Source of the DNA: Callorhinchus milii | Taxonomy: Eukaryota | Assembly: GCF_018977255.1 (NCBI RefSeq) | Contig: NW_024704742.1 | Coordinates: 55,058,001-55,122,000 of the forward strand | Length of the DNA stretch: 64,000 nt | Reading direction: 5' to 3' | Shown here: in pieces, positions 49,005-63,393 of the stretch | How the letters are laid out: each line of letters begins with the position of its first letter | How positions within the stretch are numbered: position 1 is the stretch's first letter | The notes under the pieces: generated by a model | Told to the model about the DNA's origin: nothing | The model's input: only the letters and a program-made list of their open reading frames with translations | Databases searched by the model: none | Position numbers and translations under genes: made by a program

Positions 49005-50258
49005 CTACAAAAGAACAATGTGAAAGAAAATTTGTAATTTTATAGCACTTTAGATGAAAAGTCTCAACGCATTGCACAATTTCTGTGCCAGTTGAGCTGG
49101 TTTCAAAGAGCTTCACAATAAGATGTCGGATTTGAATTAACCCTGTGTGGCGGATTCACTAGTCCGTTTCCTAAGCCAGGTGGGTCCATAGGACACCACT
49201 GATGACAGACCAGCCAATCTGTCTCATTGGCAGAACTTGGAAAGGCAGACCAGTCATTGGGAGTAGGGATTCTTCCCTCTTCATAAGATTGGTTTGGATT
49301 TAGAAGGCCTTCAGCCCATCTAACCTCAACCCTCCAGGATACCCACCTGTCTTCCCATTACAGCATTAAGATGCTTTTCAAATGTTCAGTGTCCTGGCCC
49401 CAACCACCCTTCCTGGAAACCTGACCCAATCATTTACACTCCGAGTAAAGTAAAACTTCCTGGTATCAGTCCTGAATTTGCCCTTTGCAACTCAAACCAA
49501 TGTCCTCTTTTTCTACTGTGCTTTTGCATACCAAGTATTGACCTGGGTTTACTTATTCAATTCCATTTAAAATGTTATATATCTCTCTGAGGTCCCTCTG
49601 AGTCATCTTCTCTCAAGACTGATGAGCCCTGTCTCATTTTTGCTCATTGCTCATTCCTCTAACACTGAGGATTATCCTTGTTGCTTCCTCTGCGCTTGGC
49701 TTCTGTTAACCCTGCAAGCCAGTGTCAAACATGCCCTGAATGGAAAGCTACATGCTTTTTGCAGGAAGATCCCAACATACACTCTGGGGGCATCCCAAAC
49801 TCTGAGAGCCACCCAATGAATGACCAGCTAATCTGTTGGATTGCTTGTCAGAACATCAGGCAAAACCCGCTTCACTATTAAAAGTGTCATGGGATCCTTA
49901 ATGTCCACCTGAAGAAGCAGCCAGGACTTAATCCAAAATATAGCACCTCTGATGAAAAAGCACTGCCCCAAATTTGCATTGTAATGTCAATCCAGACCGT
50001 GAGCACAAGTTCTGAAGTGGGGCTTCAAGCCACAATGTCTGATCTAGAAAAGAGACTCATCTGACAAAGCCAAATTTGGAATGAATTACAAGGGCTGATT
50101 TGACACCTTTTTATAATTACATTGTTTCATTAAGCAGTATTTCATATTCGTGCTCACATATTTCAATCATCCAATTGTATGACAAAGTATTCCAACTTTC
50201 AGATACATTGTATCCAAATATCTTATTGTCACAAAATCCCTTATTCAGCAGCCATTAC

Positions 50259-50364
50259 CTGCAAGAGACTGTTCATAGTCTTCTGTGAGAGACTCCAATT
50301 TCTTTGTATGACTTGTTATCAGTCCCAATTTATGAGTTTCATGCTTGGAGTTTATATCTTCAAC
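50259..50364 (-). CDS. MTUS1: MTUS1 exon (VEDINSKHETHKLGLITSHTKKLESLTEDYEQSLA)
   Basis: 106 nt, tttag/gtaat flanked, phase 0 to 1. Not in the ORF track. Confidence 0.88.
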
Positions 50365-51437
50365 CTAAATTTGAAAAGAGTTTTTAAGCAGGCAATATGA
50401 AATCTGGTGCTCCAGTGTAATGTAAAATGCAGAATTTTACCAGGAATAATCCATGACTTAAATTAATTACATAATCACTTATATTTTACCATGACCCACT
50501 ATGACTGTGCATTTTATAAGAAGCAATATCATCATGTTTTTTAAAAACAACTACAATGGATTAATAAAACTGCACCTTCCGAGTAGAAATCTCCAAATTT
50601 ATGGGCTAACCAAGCCATGTTTTGCATACTATACCATTATGAGTATTATATCCATAGTCTGCCATGCAAACTCAGAATACTGGACTCTGTAACAGTTCTG
50701 AAACCTTCAAATTAGTATTAATTTCATAGTTTAGCATATTACATTGAAATATAGATTATAAAAGGATTTTATTCTTATAAAAGTGATAGTGAACATAACT
50801 GGTCGTTCACCACCCCCGATGGCAACCCCTGATGGCATAGGTTATTTGCCTCTAATTAAAGCATCATAGTAAACTACATTTGGGGTCAATAAGAGGGCAT
50901 TACTAATGTAGGATCCTCACTTTAATCTACAATTTAAAACATCATCATAAATGAAGATAAAGTCTCCATCAGCACTGATACTGATAGTGGCCTCTCGATG
51001 GCAGAGGACTCCAGTGAGCAGATCTGACTGCCTGAGAAAGGCAAAGTAGGGAAGAAAATGAAATTTTCGACCGCACTCATAAAACCACCATAACAGACAA
51101 TGTGGTATCAGAGTAAAGGGCAAATGAGCAGAGCAAGTATGGTGCCCATCTAATAAGACAATATAACAATTGTCTCACTCTTATATAGACAATACACTTA
51201 GGCACTGTATATAAAAAATATCCTACCAGGGAGTGAGGCTTCACCTCAATTGTATAAAAGATGATCCAAAGCAATGGTGTGGCCTTTAAGTAGCGGGCAA
51301 CCAAACATTTACACAAGACCAGGTAGGTCCGTGTTCAATCGGTACTGTGCTTTCAGTTTTTTCTTGATTCAGTATTTCTTGATCTATGGCATAAATTTAT
51401 TTAGTTGGCCAACAACCTCTGATCTGAAGGTACGTAC

Positions 51438-51652
51438 CTGCTCCTGCCATTGTGTTTGTAGCTTTCCCAGGTCATCATTGAGTACTTGTTGCAGCCGCTC
51501 CTGTTCTGCAGTGAAGAGCTGCTGAAGCCTTTCTTCAAGCTCTCGAAGTTCAGTCTGGTGTTCTTCAGACAGCTTTTGAATCACTCCTTGATAATTCTTC
51601 TCTAGTTCTTCTCTTTCCCTATCCAATTTATCACAAGTCTGCCTTCTTGTTT
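51438..51652 (-). CDS. MTUS1: MTUS1 exon (coiled coil, ...DREREELEKNYQGVIQKLSEEHQTELRELEERLQQLF...WQEQ)
   Basis: 215 nt, AG/GT flanked, phase 1 to 0. Confidence 0.93.
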
Positions 51653-52077
51653 CTAACAGAAAGAAACAAGAATATTGTCAGTGTAGAAGAAACACATTTA
51701 AGGATTTCTCTCAATTTCATCACATCAGCTTGAATTTATATTGTGCTCTTCTTGTGGGGTAGCATCTCTGAGCTCTTATGTTGCATTTACATTCAGCGTT
51801 TTACTTCCACTGCTCCTATTTCAAGGAAATAAATATTACCAAATCTGGCATTAGTGTGGATATACCAGCTACATTGAATATGTACATGGCCTGGTAATTA
51901 GATAATGGTACAGATCTTCAGGCAAGGTCACCATATGACACAGTGGCAGAGCTTGAGATTTTATACAATGAAAACAAACCCATTCGACTCAGCCTGTATA
52001 TATTTTACTCTCCTTTTATGATGAAAGGCTGAAAGGATTAAAAACTAAACAAGAAAGCTCACCAGCAGCACTACACT

Positions 52078-52346
52078 ATCTGTTTATCTAGCAGTAAGTA
52101 GGAACCCAGTAGTTAGTCGATTGGCAGATCACTTTTCCAGGGGTAATAATTCCTTCAAAAAAAAAATAATAAATGGGTCACTCAATCCACAACTGTTCGT
52201 GGGACATTGCTGTGCGCAATTGGCTGCTGCGTTTCGCCCACAAGATATAGAGTGAATTCACTTTACAGTATATTCCGTGAATTGCTTTGAGAAGTCTCAA
52301 AGATGTGATAAGGCACTATATCAAATGCAAGGATTATTATTATTAT
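52078..52346 (+). mobile_element. Headless SINE (long form)
   Basis: Homologous to the body and tail of the 7745 copy. Confidence 0.85.
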
Positions 52347-54439
52347 ACTATTATATTTGAGAAAAGTTCAAGTTAACTTTTTCTTGAAGAGATCACTTGG
52401 AAACTCTCATTCACCTCAAACTAACAGTGCTGCCCAATTCCTACTATGATTTAAACATTTGGGGAACTTATGTACAGAAATGAAGAAAAGAACTTCTATT
52501 CTACTACCATGTGCAGCAGCGCTCTGCCACTACAACACCTACCTATTCATTTTTTTTTGTTTCAACTAAAGCTTACCTGAAATATTTTTTGAAACATCTT
52601 CAAAAATAGAAACTTTAGAATTTGGTAATTCAGGGAAACATACAATTGTGGAAGTAATAAATGCATGGTAGGATGTTTGACTACCTCCTGCAGGCATGAG
52701 GTACATGGGCACACCCCAGGCTACTCCCTCTGATTTGTACTCATTGGAATGGAAGCACTTGGTCTCCCTAACAGTATGATTCAACTTGGTGTCGAGGTGT
52801 GTGCACATGAATCAAAAACCCTACCAACCTAATTCCTGTGGGTTACTCAAAATGAGTTTAATTTACCCACAGGAATGTATTGGAAGGATTTTGTGAGCTA
52901 CACAATTCTTGTTTTCTAATTAAATCTGCAACCCCAAGAATACTTTTTTTTACAGTTCCACACATAACTGGTACTCCTGGTTGCAAATAACTGATTTTCT
53001 AATGCTCTGTACTACTTTAGTGCAAGAACCATGCAGCCTCACACAACTCAATGCATCGTTTGGTCCTGCTGTAAGACTCACATATTTCACTTTGAGACTG
53101 TTTGTAGAGAATTGCTGTATGTACACTAGCTGCTGCATTACAAACATAGCTACCTACAAAAAATAGTCACTAGACTTTAAAGTGAATTGCAAAAATTGCA
53201 CTGTGAAGCCTTTGAGATTTCCCCCATGTGCAAAAGGCACTTTAAAACCATTCTCCCACCTACACATGAGTTTGCAGAGTAGGTCATCCCCACCTCCCCA
53301 CACACACAATTCTAATTGAGAAGCTGATCAATTTATAGAGTGTGCTTAATATCACAAAGACAAAACCTTGAGATTGAGAGTACATGGAACACTACATATT
53401 TTTCCAATTTGTGGGAAATTTATATGACATTTTTCATGTCAGGAGGATGTCTCAAAGTGGACGATGGGTACCTGAGCCAAGGGTGGAAGGGCCTTTGGAA
53501 AGGGTAAACCATAGACCAATCTCAGCCTGAAATGTTTTGCACACACTCTTCAAAAATCATCGAAGCTAGAAGAAATTCACACAAGAGGAAGCAGTTTGGC
53601 CCATTTTATATTTATACAGCGCCTTTTAAGTAAAATAATTTTCTCAAAGCTCTTTACTGAATGACATTAATTAGAAATTAAATGTTTGTTATTATGGAAG
53701 CAAACACAGCAGCTGATCTCAACTCTAGGAGAAATTTTGATGAGTCAAGAACCCAACTCAAGATAAGAGGAAACCTTTAAGTATGTTGAAAGCATATTTA
53801 TTACTCTCCATGTTTTATTGAAAGAGCAACTGAGCTAAGAGGGTGGAAGGAGAATGCCACTCCTGTCTACTTTCTAAGGCAAATGGGACCTAAACAAATC
53901 ACTTGTAATACTAATGAGAACTTCTAACAGCAGCACAATAATTGCCAGGGAAGGGGAAAAAAAAGCTTTCAGAGGAAGATTTCTTTCTTAGGAGTGGTTC
54001 CAAAATATATTTATATACAAAAACACTACCCAAAACATTAATGTTAACTGCTGTGTATAGGTGGACAGATTGCATTACATAAAATAGCATCTTTGTAATT
54101 ATACCAATGCTGCAGTCGATTGTAGGGGTAAGCACTAAAAAAAATGCACATTAATTAAAGCACTTCACACAAACGTCAACATTGCGACAAATTCCAGAGC
54201 TTGTGGGCAGACAGCCATGCTTTTACTGCTAGTTCAGCCCATTTTCCGTGTCTGTGTTTGCTCGTCTAAGAGGCTGTGTATTCCAATCTCAATTCCCTGC
54301 TCTTTCCCCAATCCTCTTCTCTGCACATGCCTGTCTAATTCCCTTTTTCAATGCCACCAACAGCTTGCGCTGGCAAATAGCTCCCCATCTGACAAGCCTC
54401 TGGGAGAAACAGTTCTTTCGCACTCCACGTTATAATTTT

Positions 54440-54775
54440 AAACTCTTGTCCTTGAATATCTACTTGTCCATTCCCTCCACTCAGCAGGCTCTGGCCTGCT
54501 CCACGTCCCCCATCATTGGCGGTTGGGCCTTCAGCCTCTCTGCCCCCACCCTTTGGAACTCCATCCCGCAGTTCCTTCCCCTTATTTCCTCTCTTACCTC
54601 TTTGAAGGCATGTCTCAAGACCCTCCTCTTCGACTGAGCCTTCGGTCACCCTCCTACCCCTACCTTCCCTACTCTCCACTCCTCCTGATCCCAACCCCCT
54701 GCTCGAGTCCAAATCCCTGACTGTCCAGCACCTTGAGAAGTCCTCCAGACATGAAAGGCACATTCAATTTGCTGT
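54440..54775 (+). mobile_element. L2 3' fragment
   Basis: IGGWAFSLSAPTLWNSIP...KACLKTLLFD plus terminal stem-loop. Confidence 0.85.
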
Positions 54776-57708
54776 TGAATTACACACTTGAGGAAATATT
54801 CTTACCATTGATCATCTCAAATCCTCATTATATTAAACACCTCGATTAGATCACTTCTAAATTTTCTAGCCACTTCTCATAGATATGCCCATCCATCTCC
54901 AGTATTATCCTCGTAATCCAAGGCTGCTTTGCTCCATCGCTAATATAGCCTTTCTATAAGGTGGAGTCCCAAACGCCATAGTTGGTGAAAGGGCAGGGCA
55001 TTAAGATTGAGAGGTCTGCAAAGATACACTTCTCTCTAATTGCTGCAGTACACATTGGTTTAGTGAGAAAATGTGAGCACACAAACACTGCAACAGGACA
55101 CAACCCAACATCATACAAGAATAAAAAATATCCTTGCATTTTATGCAGCACTTTTCATATAGGGAGGACAGCTCAAAGCTTTTCAAACGATTCACCATAA
55201 AATGCAGTAACCAAATTTGTAGGTGAACACAGTAGCCAAAATGACACAGAAATGTCCCACAAACAGCAACAAATGACCAATTGTATCTGGAGGATTGTTG
55301 GCCAGGATACAAGGAGAACCCCCTCTTCAAATAGTCCCATAGGATCTTTCATATCCACCTGAAAGGCAGATAAAAGCTCAGTTTATCATCTCATCCGAAG
55401 AACAGCAGTGAACCCCTCCCACCCAGCACTATATTGGAGTGTCAGCCAAGACTGAGTTCAAAGTCCCAAAATGGGGTACCTAAAAACATAGCTCCTTATA
55501 TGCACTATCCTGTATTTACTGAGATGAGTACAGTACAAGTACAGACAATAGATTAGTGTAAAACTACACAACCAAAACTACCATGTGAACAAAATGGAAA
55601 TATACAAATATGTAAACTAACGTAATATTTTCAATACAATTCTACATTTTTCAATGTGAATGGACATTAGTTTTAATGCAAATTCAGTGTAGCTTTTAAC
55701 TCAGCTGTCGGGTAAAACTGGAAAGTAATTTGGATACACCGACTGCAATGAGATAGATTATCTCAGGCAGCTGAGTGGAGTGCTCAGTGCTGGGGCAGTA
55801 ACTAGTGCTGCAGAAGTTCCACTAAGTGGGATGAGCAGAGTGCAGCAGGTCATGACTGTTTTAGCAATCGCATTCTTCAATAAAAAGTGAAGAAAGTATT
55901 TGTAGAACACCAAAAACAGGTGCAAGGGCTAGATCCAAGATGAAGAAAATACTTACAACATCAGAAAAAAATTTAACCCCATCTTTTCTCCCTCCCCCAC
56001 CATCAAAACAATCTGACCAAGCAGCAGGAGAAAGAAGCAGAAGGAGAAAATGAATCCAAGAAAAGAAAGTGGTAGTAACCAGAAGATGGTCATTTGTTTT
56101 GTTAACTCAGAAAAGTGATAAGATATAGAATAGCAGCAACAAATACCACAGAGTCCAAGTAAAGGAAAAACAATATATAGGTATGGGAGATGGTATTGAT
56201 TTAAAAAAAAATTATATTTGATACAGTAAGTTTCACATAAGGAGGATATCTGAAAACACTTCACAGGTTTACTGTAAAGTGTAGTGACTGTAGTTTATAG
56301 GCAAACACAGCAGGTACTCTGAAACATCAATGTCCCACAAACAGCCATGAAGTGAATGAGCAATTTTATCCAGGAGGATTGTTAGCCAGGACAATGGGAG
56401 AAACTCCCTGCTCTTTCTGCATAGTCCCATGGGATTTTTCATGTCCACTCCATTTCTGAAATAGAGATTCTTCAGAAATGTTAGGTTTGCGCACACCTCA
56501 TTTTTAAAGGTGTATTAACTCATAACATTTAAATTTTAGATGGATCACTTTTCTGGTGGTAATAATAATAATAAACTCCTTTGTGGTGTGTGAAGAGAGA
56601 GAGAAAGCGTGTACACCCATGCACCAACTTCAAGGAGAGCACAGCTTGGAATTCTCCTTTCCAAGAATGAAATAAAAATTTCTATAGGTATACAGAGCAT
56701 TAGAGCAGCATACCCAAATGAAAAGAAAGCACTTCAACATGATTTTGTAGTTCAATATTAAATATGGTTTACTTAACCCAGGAAGATATCTTAATGAAAT
56801 ACTCTTTTGAAAATAATTAATTAAGTACTATTTTGAAAAGACGTCACAACATTGATGTAGCCAGGGATGATTCCTTTTTAGATTTGTCTTAACTTTCACT
56901 TTGACCATCTTACGGAATGAATATTGAATCATAAGAAAAAAAATTACAACATTAATTTCTTGTGCACAGATGCTTTTTTTTATTTGCACTGCAATTAGTT
57001 ATTATAGTCGATGCCACGACAGAAATTTCCTCCATTATGGTAGCCGTCCCTAAATTCCCTGGCACAAATCATTTCAATAGGAATGTTGTATTGACAATGA
57101 AGATTTTGATGTAGATGTGCCCATAGAGGAGCTGCTGCAATTCACAGAACATCCCGTGAAGCACTTCCAATGTTAAAACTGTGATAGCAAATGCAAGGAT
57201 GATTATTATAGGTTGAGATGGACTCAGCCTCCTCACGATCAAAAAGACTTATTCCAGTCTAGGCTCAATAATGTGAACCCAGAGATAAAATGACAACTTT
57301 AAAAACCACAACAACAGCCATGATGTACTTCATGGATTAAGATAAAACTTCTCTGTTGACCAATTGAGAATCGTTTAAAATGTTGGACAATAGGACAAAT
57401 TTGAAAAAGTTTGAGAAGCAAAATACAGCATGGAAACAAGGGGGGGAGGGAATCACATTCTAAGGCGGCTCCTTGTATAACAGAGTGATTAATGCCAGGA
57501 ATTCCATGAACTGTGGACTCAAAGCCAGCCCTAGGGAAATCTAAGGCACAAGTGTTTTAACAGTTATCATGGAAGAGTCAAGGCACTGGAATTTTATCAT
57601 TTAAATGGTTGCTAAAAGTTCAGAACAGATTACATTTAAAATGCGTTCAACACGCTCTCTTTAAAAGCCCGTTTGCCATTTCCTTTACGCAAGCTTCTTT
57701 ACTCTTAC

Positions 57709-57775
57709 CTAATTCGCCCTGCAGATTCAGCAGCTCTTGAGACAACTCCTTGTGTTGTTTGTTCCCTTCTTCACG
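57709..57775 (-). CDS. MTUS1: MTUS1 exon (REEGNKQHKELSQELLNLQGEL)
   Basis: 67 nt, cag/gtaag flanked. Homologous to MTUS1 REEALKQHKTLSQELVNLRGEL. Confidence 0.93.
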
Positions 57776-58945
57776 CTGTGAAGAGAAACATTTGTCACTG
57801 TGTAAATAACTGAACAGCAAAACCTGACAGCTAAACTAGACAACACGTTTAGGTCTGCTATGATACTCCTCAACTATAATGTTACATTAATAGTTTTTAA
57901 CAGTTTCAGGCGAATAGTAGTTGAAATACTTGAAGGGAAGTGTGGACATTCTCAAAGTATTTTCAACATTCTTTAGTTGGCTTCGGCTGTGTATTCAGTG
58001 GAGTTAAGGCAACACTTTCATATTTACATTTGCAAAATATTGCACAACAGAAGAGTCACATAACTATCCTATTCTAACAAAAAGTCTAAATATTTTACCA
58101 CAAAACATACAGTCAATTCACTTTACAGTATATTTTGTGAAGCATTTTGAAACATCCCGAAGACGCGATCAGGTGCTGTATAAAATGCAAGAATTGCTAT
58201 TATTATTACCACCACACAATTGACTAACAAGAATCGATAATACAATACTTTTGGATAAAGGTTATAAAGTACTGCTGACAAAGCAGTATAGGGCTGAGTC
58301 TTGATTTAAGCTTTCAGCTGTCTTCACCTTCTGGATAAATTAGCTGGACGCTACCGCCTATTCCTGTGGCGAATTTCATATATTACGAGATCGTTGTATA
58401 TTACAAAATCATATTTTATCATTCTATAATTCGTATTGGGTTAAGAAAAAGCAAATGCCTGATAATACTTCTTGCTGCCAGGTAGTCACTGAAATGTTAT
58501 TACAATACAAAGCTGTTTTTCAAAAATACTTTATTTTGTTACAAGGAGGAAAAATAAATGCAAAGGGTATACTGTATTATTCAGCAATTGTAAATGTAGC
58601 CAAAAACATGCAGACAAATGCAGATAAATTAGACAAAATAAATGCTGAGATCTCACTCACTGCCAATCAATAAAGCTCAGGAAATTGAATTCAACCTCTC
58701 TAATCCCTAAAGCACAGACACAACGTGGTTAAACAATGCTGTAGGTCAGTCAAGCGTTTCTACCTCACAAAATGCCTCCCCCAATGCACCACAATTATTC
58801 AGGTCTGATGTTGCAAAGAAGAGGGCAAACCTGAGACTACAGTAAGGAACAGCTGGAGATAAAAGAACTGGTTCGAAACTACTTGCATTAAGCCACCAAG
58901 CCTTCATTTCCTCTCAGTAAATCACACAATGAACACATCAGTTAC

Positions 58946-58999
58946 CCTCTTTCCAGCACAAGGACCGTAGAGGCATACTTTGCTGCTGCTGCAGCCCAT
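58946..58999 (-). CDS. MTUS1: MTUS1 internal alternative first coding exon (MGCSSSKVCLYGPCAGKR)
   Basis: ATG GGC TGC AGC AGC AGC AAA GTA TGC ... AAG AGG|gtaact. Phase 0 joins the REEG exon. It resembles my recollection of the N-terminus of a short mammalian MTUS1 isoform. Confidence 0.8.
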
Positions 59000-59265
59000 T
59001 CTCTGCTTTTTGTCCCTCTCTCCTGGCTGTTTGAATGTATAAAGCAGGAGCACAGGTGGCCAGCACCACAACCCAAACTGGTCTTTCTACATTTGCGTTA
59101 TTGCTAGGAAGAGATCCATTGGACCTTGCCTTGCACTCTTAATTTTCAGGATGTGTACCACATTTCCTACAGTACTCTGCCCTGTGAAAAAAAACAGCTG
59201 CTTTCATAGGGAGGCACAGGGAATTGCTCATTACACCAGCCACAGCCCTGTGAGTCTGCAAACTG

Positions 59266-59295
59266 GAGAGAGAGAGAGAGCGAGAGAGAGAGAGC
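59266..59295. repeat. (GA)n microsatellite upstream of the MTUS1 internal first exon
   Basis: Read directly. Confidence 0.85.
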
Positions 59296-62200
59296 GAAAG
59301 CTGATCAATGTTAAATTACTCCAATGACAGGAGCTAAAGCAGAGCCCAGAAACCTTTATCGATCATCAAGTACAGTAATGGAAAAAGCTCATTTTTGTAT
59401 ACGGCTTAATACGTACTGCAGTTAAGTGTCTCCAACAGGGAAGTCATTTCCTTTCTCAAAAAAAATTCTGCTGAATTCCGCTTCAATGGAACAACTTTAC
59501 AAAACACATGCCAAGATTAAGTCATCCCTGGTCAAGCACAAAGGTTTACCATAATATCCAAAGGAAGAGAGTCCATTTGAGGAAATAAAGCAAGACAAAC
59601 AATTTTCTGCAGTCTTTTGTTTGGGGAAAATAAATGAACTTGTACCAAAGCATGGTTTAAATTTTTCTTACAGCACAGCAAAACGAAAACAGAAGTATAC
59701 ACATGGGCATATACACTGGAGAATAAGGTAACTGTCGTCACTGTGTTGATATTGCCACATTGATAGCCAACAGGTGGTGAAAAAGTCAAATATGTTCCCA
59801 CCTTTGCCATAACTTCTGTAGAAAATTAAACTTTTAGCGCAGAAATGATACAAGTTACTAAATAAAACTGTGCGAATTAGTAGATATACCACTAACACAC
59901 ATTTTGCAACATACGATACCCAAGAGTAAAAAAAAAGTTTTAAAAGTTTAAATTAATCATAATATTAAAATGCACATTTTTCCAATTCAAGCTTTCAAGT
60001 TACAGACATGCTCACCCAGAGGAAGGTTCAAACAAACACGTCCTTAGCATTTTATTTTCATTCATGTAAAAATATAAAGCTGACATTTGATTGATAGACC
60101 AGCCTGTGATAGTTATTTGTAATCATCATGAAGGGAGCTGATCTGGGCAAGTACTGAAAAACATGCAAGAAGATGAGGCCTTTAACAGATGCTCTTTCCA
60201 TGTCAAAAGCAGACATTGTATTCAGAGACGGATATAAAACAAATGCACAGAGCAACCTCCAGTTGGAAGGAAATGATCTGAAAATCAATATTAATAAAGT
60301 GGCCATCCAATGTAATTAAAAAAACTACCATTTGACTGCAACATTCATCATGACACAACCCTATCCTTCACAAAGTTATGCAGATTAGCTCAATTTAAAT
60401 TGATGCCTGGGGTTTACTAGATACAGCACCAGCCTGAGGCTAAAGTATAATTCACCGTGAATCAGAAGCACAACACTTAGGTTTCGGTTTATTCACATAA
60501 GCAGCAGCCAGCAGCAAACCATTCTATTGTCCAACACAGATGCATAACAGTTGAATTACTTAAAATTGAAAGAGGTATGCCCTGCTCAAGATGCTTATAT
60601 ATATCTATATATCTATATATATATATATATATATATCATAAACACAACAACGACAAGATTACATTTGTATAGCGCCTTTCACGTCAGGAGGACGTCCCAA
60701 GGCGCTGGTTACACACACAAAAGGATTTTAATTGAAAAGCTTTTTAACAGAAGGCTGGTTACAAAAAAAGCATCAACATAAAATAATAATTCTTTCACTT
60801 AAAATAAATGTCTTGCATTTCTAACTGTATGATGATACTCTACCCCAGAAATTTGAAGTGGGCCATAACCTTAAGGCCAGCAAGATACTATTCCTTAAAG
60901 TCCATCCATTCCTTTGTTTTAACAGTGCAGAAATCAGCTTCCTTACCCAGTCATGGTAGCATGCGCAATATCCACAACATATCTAACGACTGGTGAAAAT
61001 GGAAGTACATCTTCAATCATTCACACGCAAATTGCAAGAGTCAGCACTTTATTTTATCAGAGCTAAATCTCATCTCAAGAGAAACAGTAGCTATCGATCA
61101 CACAATCACAATTCACCAAATGGAGTGGTGGATTCAGCAATTTCAGGTTTTCAAGTATATGAAAACAAATATAGATTGCTATATGATACAATCTTGTAAT
61201 TTGACATGGGATTAAGCAAAGATCATTTACTCAGCATGCCTTTTTAATTTATTAAAAGGTTTCAATGAAATCTATTTCTTCATATTAATTTCTTCCCAAT
61301 AAGGATATTTGAAACCTGGGGCAGAGGGCTGTTTGCATGTCCCCCAAGTAGTTACATTACAATTTAAACTAATACGATTGTTTAAAATCAATAAGCAACT
61401 CAAAGTCTATCTCCTCACCTTCTCTTCCCTCACCCAATCACAACAGTATCTTCTACCAGAGATATTTAATTCTACAGCATTGTTTGGAAATAGTTTGGAT
61501 GTCACCATTGGAAATTCAAATTACCATAACAGGTTGAGGCCAATTTAGTTTACATTTTTTCTTTGGCCCGTAAATACATGCACCAAAACAATTCCCAACA
61601 TTGTTGAATTTCCCAATCCCTCTCTCTACCCATCAACTGAAAATAGAAACAGATTTTTGAATGCTTCAAGATCAGCAGATTGAACCTTAAAAATACTCAA
61701 CTAAGGTCATTATATGTTTGATAGATATGAATACTAAATTTAGTTATCAATTGAACGATGAATTCTTAGGTGGCTGGGACGTCCTCCTGACGTGCAAGGC
61801 GCTATACACGTGTAATTTGTTGTTGTTTGCTAAATATTTGATTTCCAGATTGCAGTTTATGAAAAAAAAGTTCATTCATTACTTATGGGAACTGCCAATT
61901 AAAATGATTCTGAAACGGTTTAATTGCACATTTAATATTGTAGTGTTCCTGTCTAAATCGCACACCAGATGGAAGCTCCAAACACAAATATTCTACCATA
62001 CCTCTATTGTTCTACATCCTACAGAAACATGTAGCAACCAGTGAAACAGGTCAAATGATAAGTTGTGTAATATATTTAGTTCTAGCTTATGTTGAACCAC
62101 AAGAAACTATGGATGAAAAGCAAATGACCCTTCAAGTCTGTTACAGTAAATTTTGTAACCATCATTATTTCTTCCCAATCTTAAATCAAGTACTTTGCAC

Positions 62201-63393
62201 TATAAAATGTTTAAAACTTACTTCCCGTTTCACAATTCGCCAAAGCAAGTACTGTATAACTGGGACACAAAAGGGTTTGAAATGCAAACAGTTTTGTTTT
62301 TCAGGGTTAAGTCTATTTTCTTAAAAACATGGAACATATATAGAAAGGTTTAAAACATCAATGTAACAAGAATAGTTGTAAGGACTTTGCAATGGGTGTT
62401 TTAAAGGCCATATATGAATAATTTAATGCAAACTGAAATAGTTCAACTAATTTCTGAACTTGGATTGTGATAAGATGACCAAAATACAATCTTGGTAACT
62501 ACACCAATTATTGGAGTTGAGAATTAAAATCAAATGTATTGGGACTCCTGCAATTGGGTGTTTGTTTGTCTGGTATGGAATGTGCATATGGAATACATTC
62601 ATGCCACAGAGGAACCTTCCTTAGCAAGTTTAGGCACAGGTTGCCAAGAGCCAAGATTTGGGGATTTTGCGTAAATTGTAGGTACTGCTGATTTTAATCA
62701 GCTCGAACCATGCAGCTTATTATTGTCAACATTAGCAAGCTCCTACTTTTTCCGATGCTAGGACCACCCACCCAGCTAGCTTTGGTTTGCAGGATTTAAC
62801 AAGCATTAAACCCAATACTCCATGAAGCACAATATGAATAGAAGTGTCAGACCAGTTTTGAGAAATAATTTAGATTCCTTGAATAGATTTTATTCTTTTC
62901 AAAATATAGCTGAACTCTAAAATCAATACTTCCTTTTACAAACATCCAAACCTGTGTTAGAATCCAAAACTTCTGTTAGCTAAACCATCAGAAATAAACC
63001 CAATATAATTTCCATTCAGGGTGAATCATCCTTCACCAATTCCCTTCCTTAATGCAACATTTCTAAGGATCCTGCATTTCAAGAGTCATCATTTCTCCAA
63101 ATTACTTGATCATCTCTTGGGTATGTACTGTTCAGCCCTTAGTTCTACTCCTTGACTAATCTTCATCCATTTTTTAAAAAAAGTGGTGTAAAATCAATAG
63201 GCATGAACTGCAAATCTTTCATACATCTCTCTGGGGAAAACATAATGGACAAAAGATTCTAACTAATGATGTTTAGTGAAAAGACCAGATCACAAAAGAT
63301 CATCATGAATCAACGTAAAGTCTCTAAAGGTGAGTGCATTCCATGACAAAACCTTGCTGGCACTAGAGAAAAACTTAGCTATGCTACATCCTA

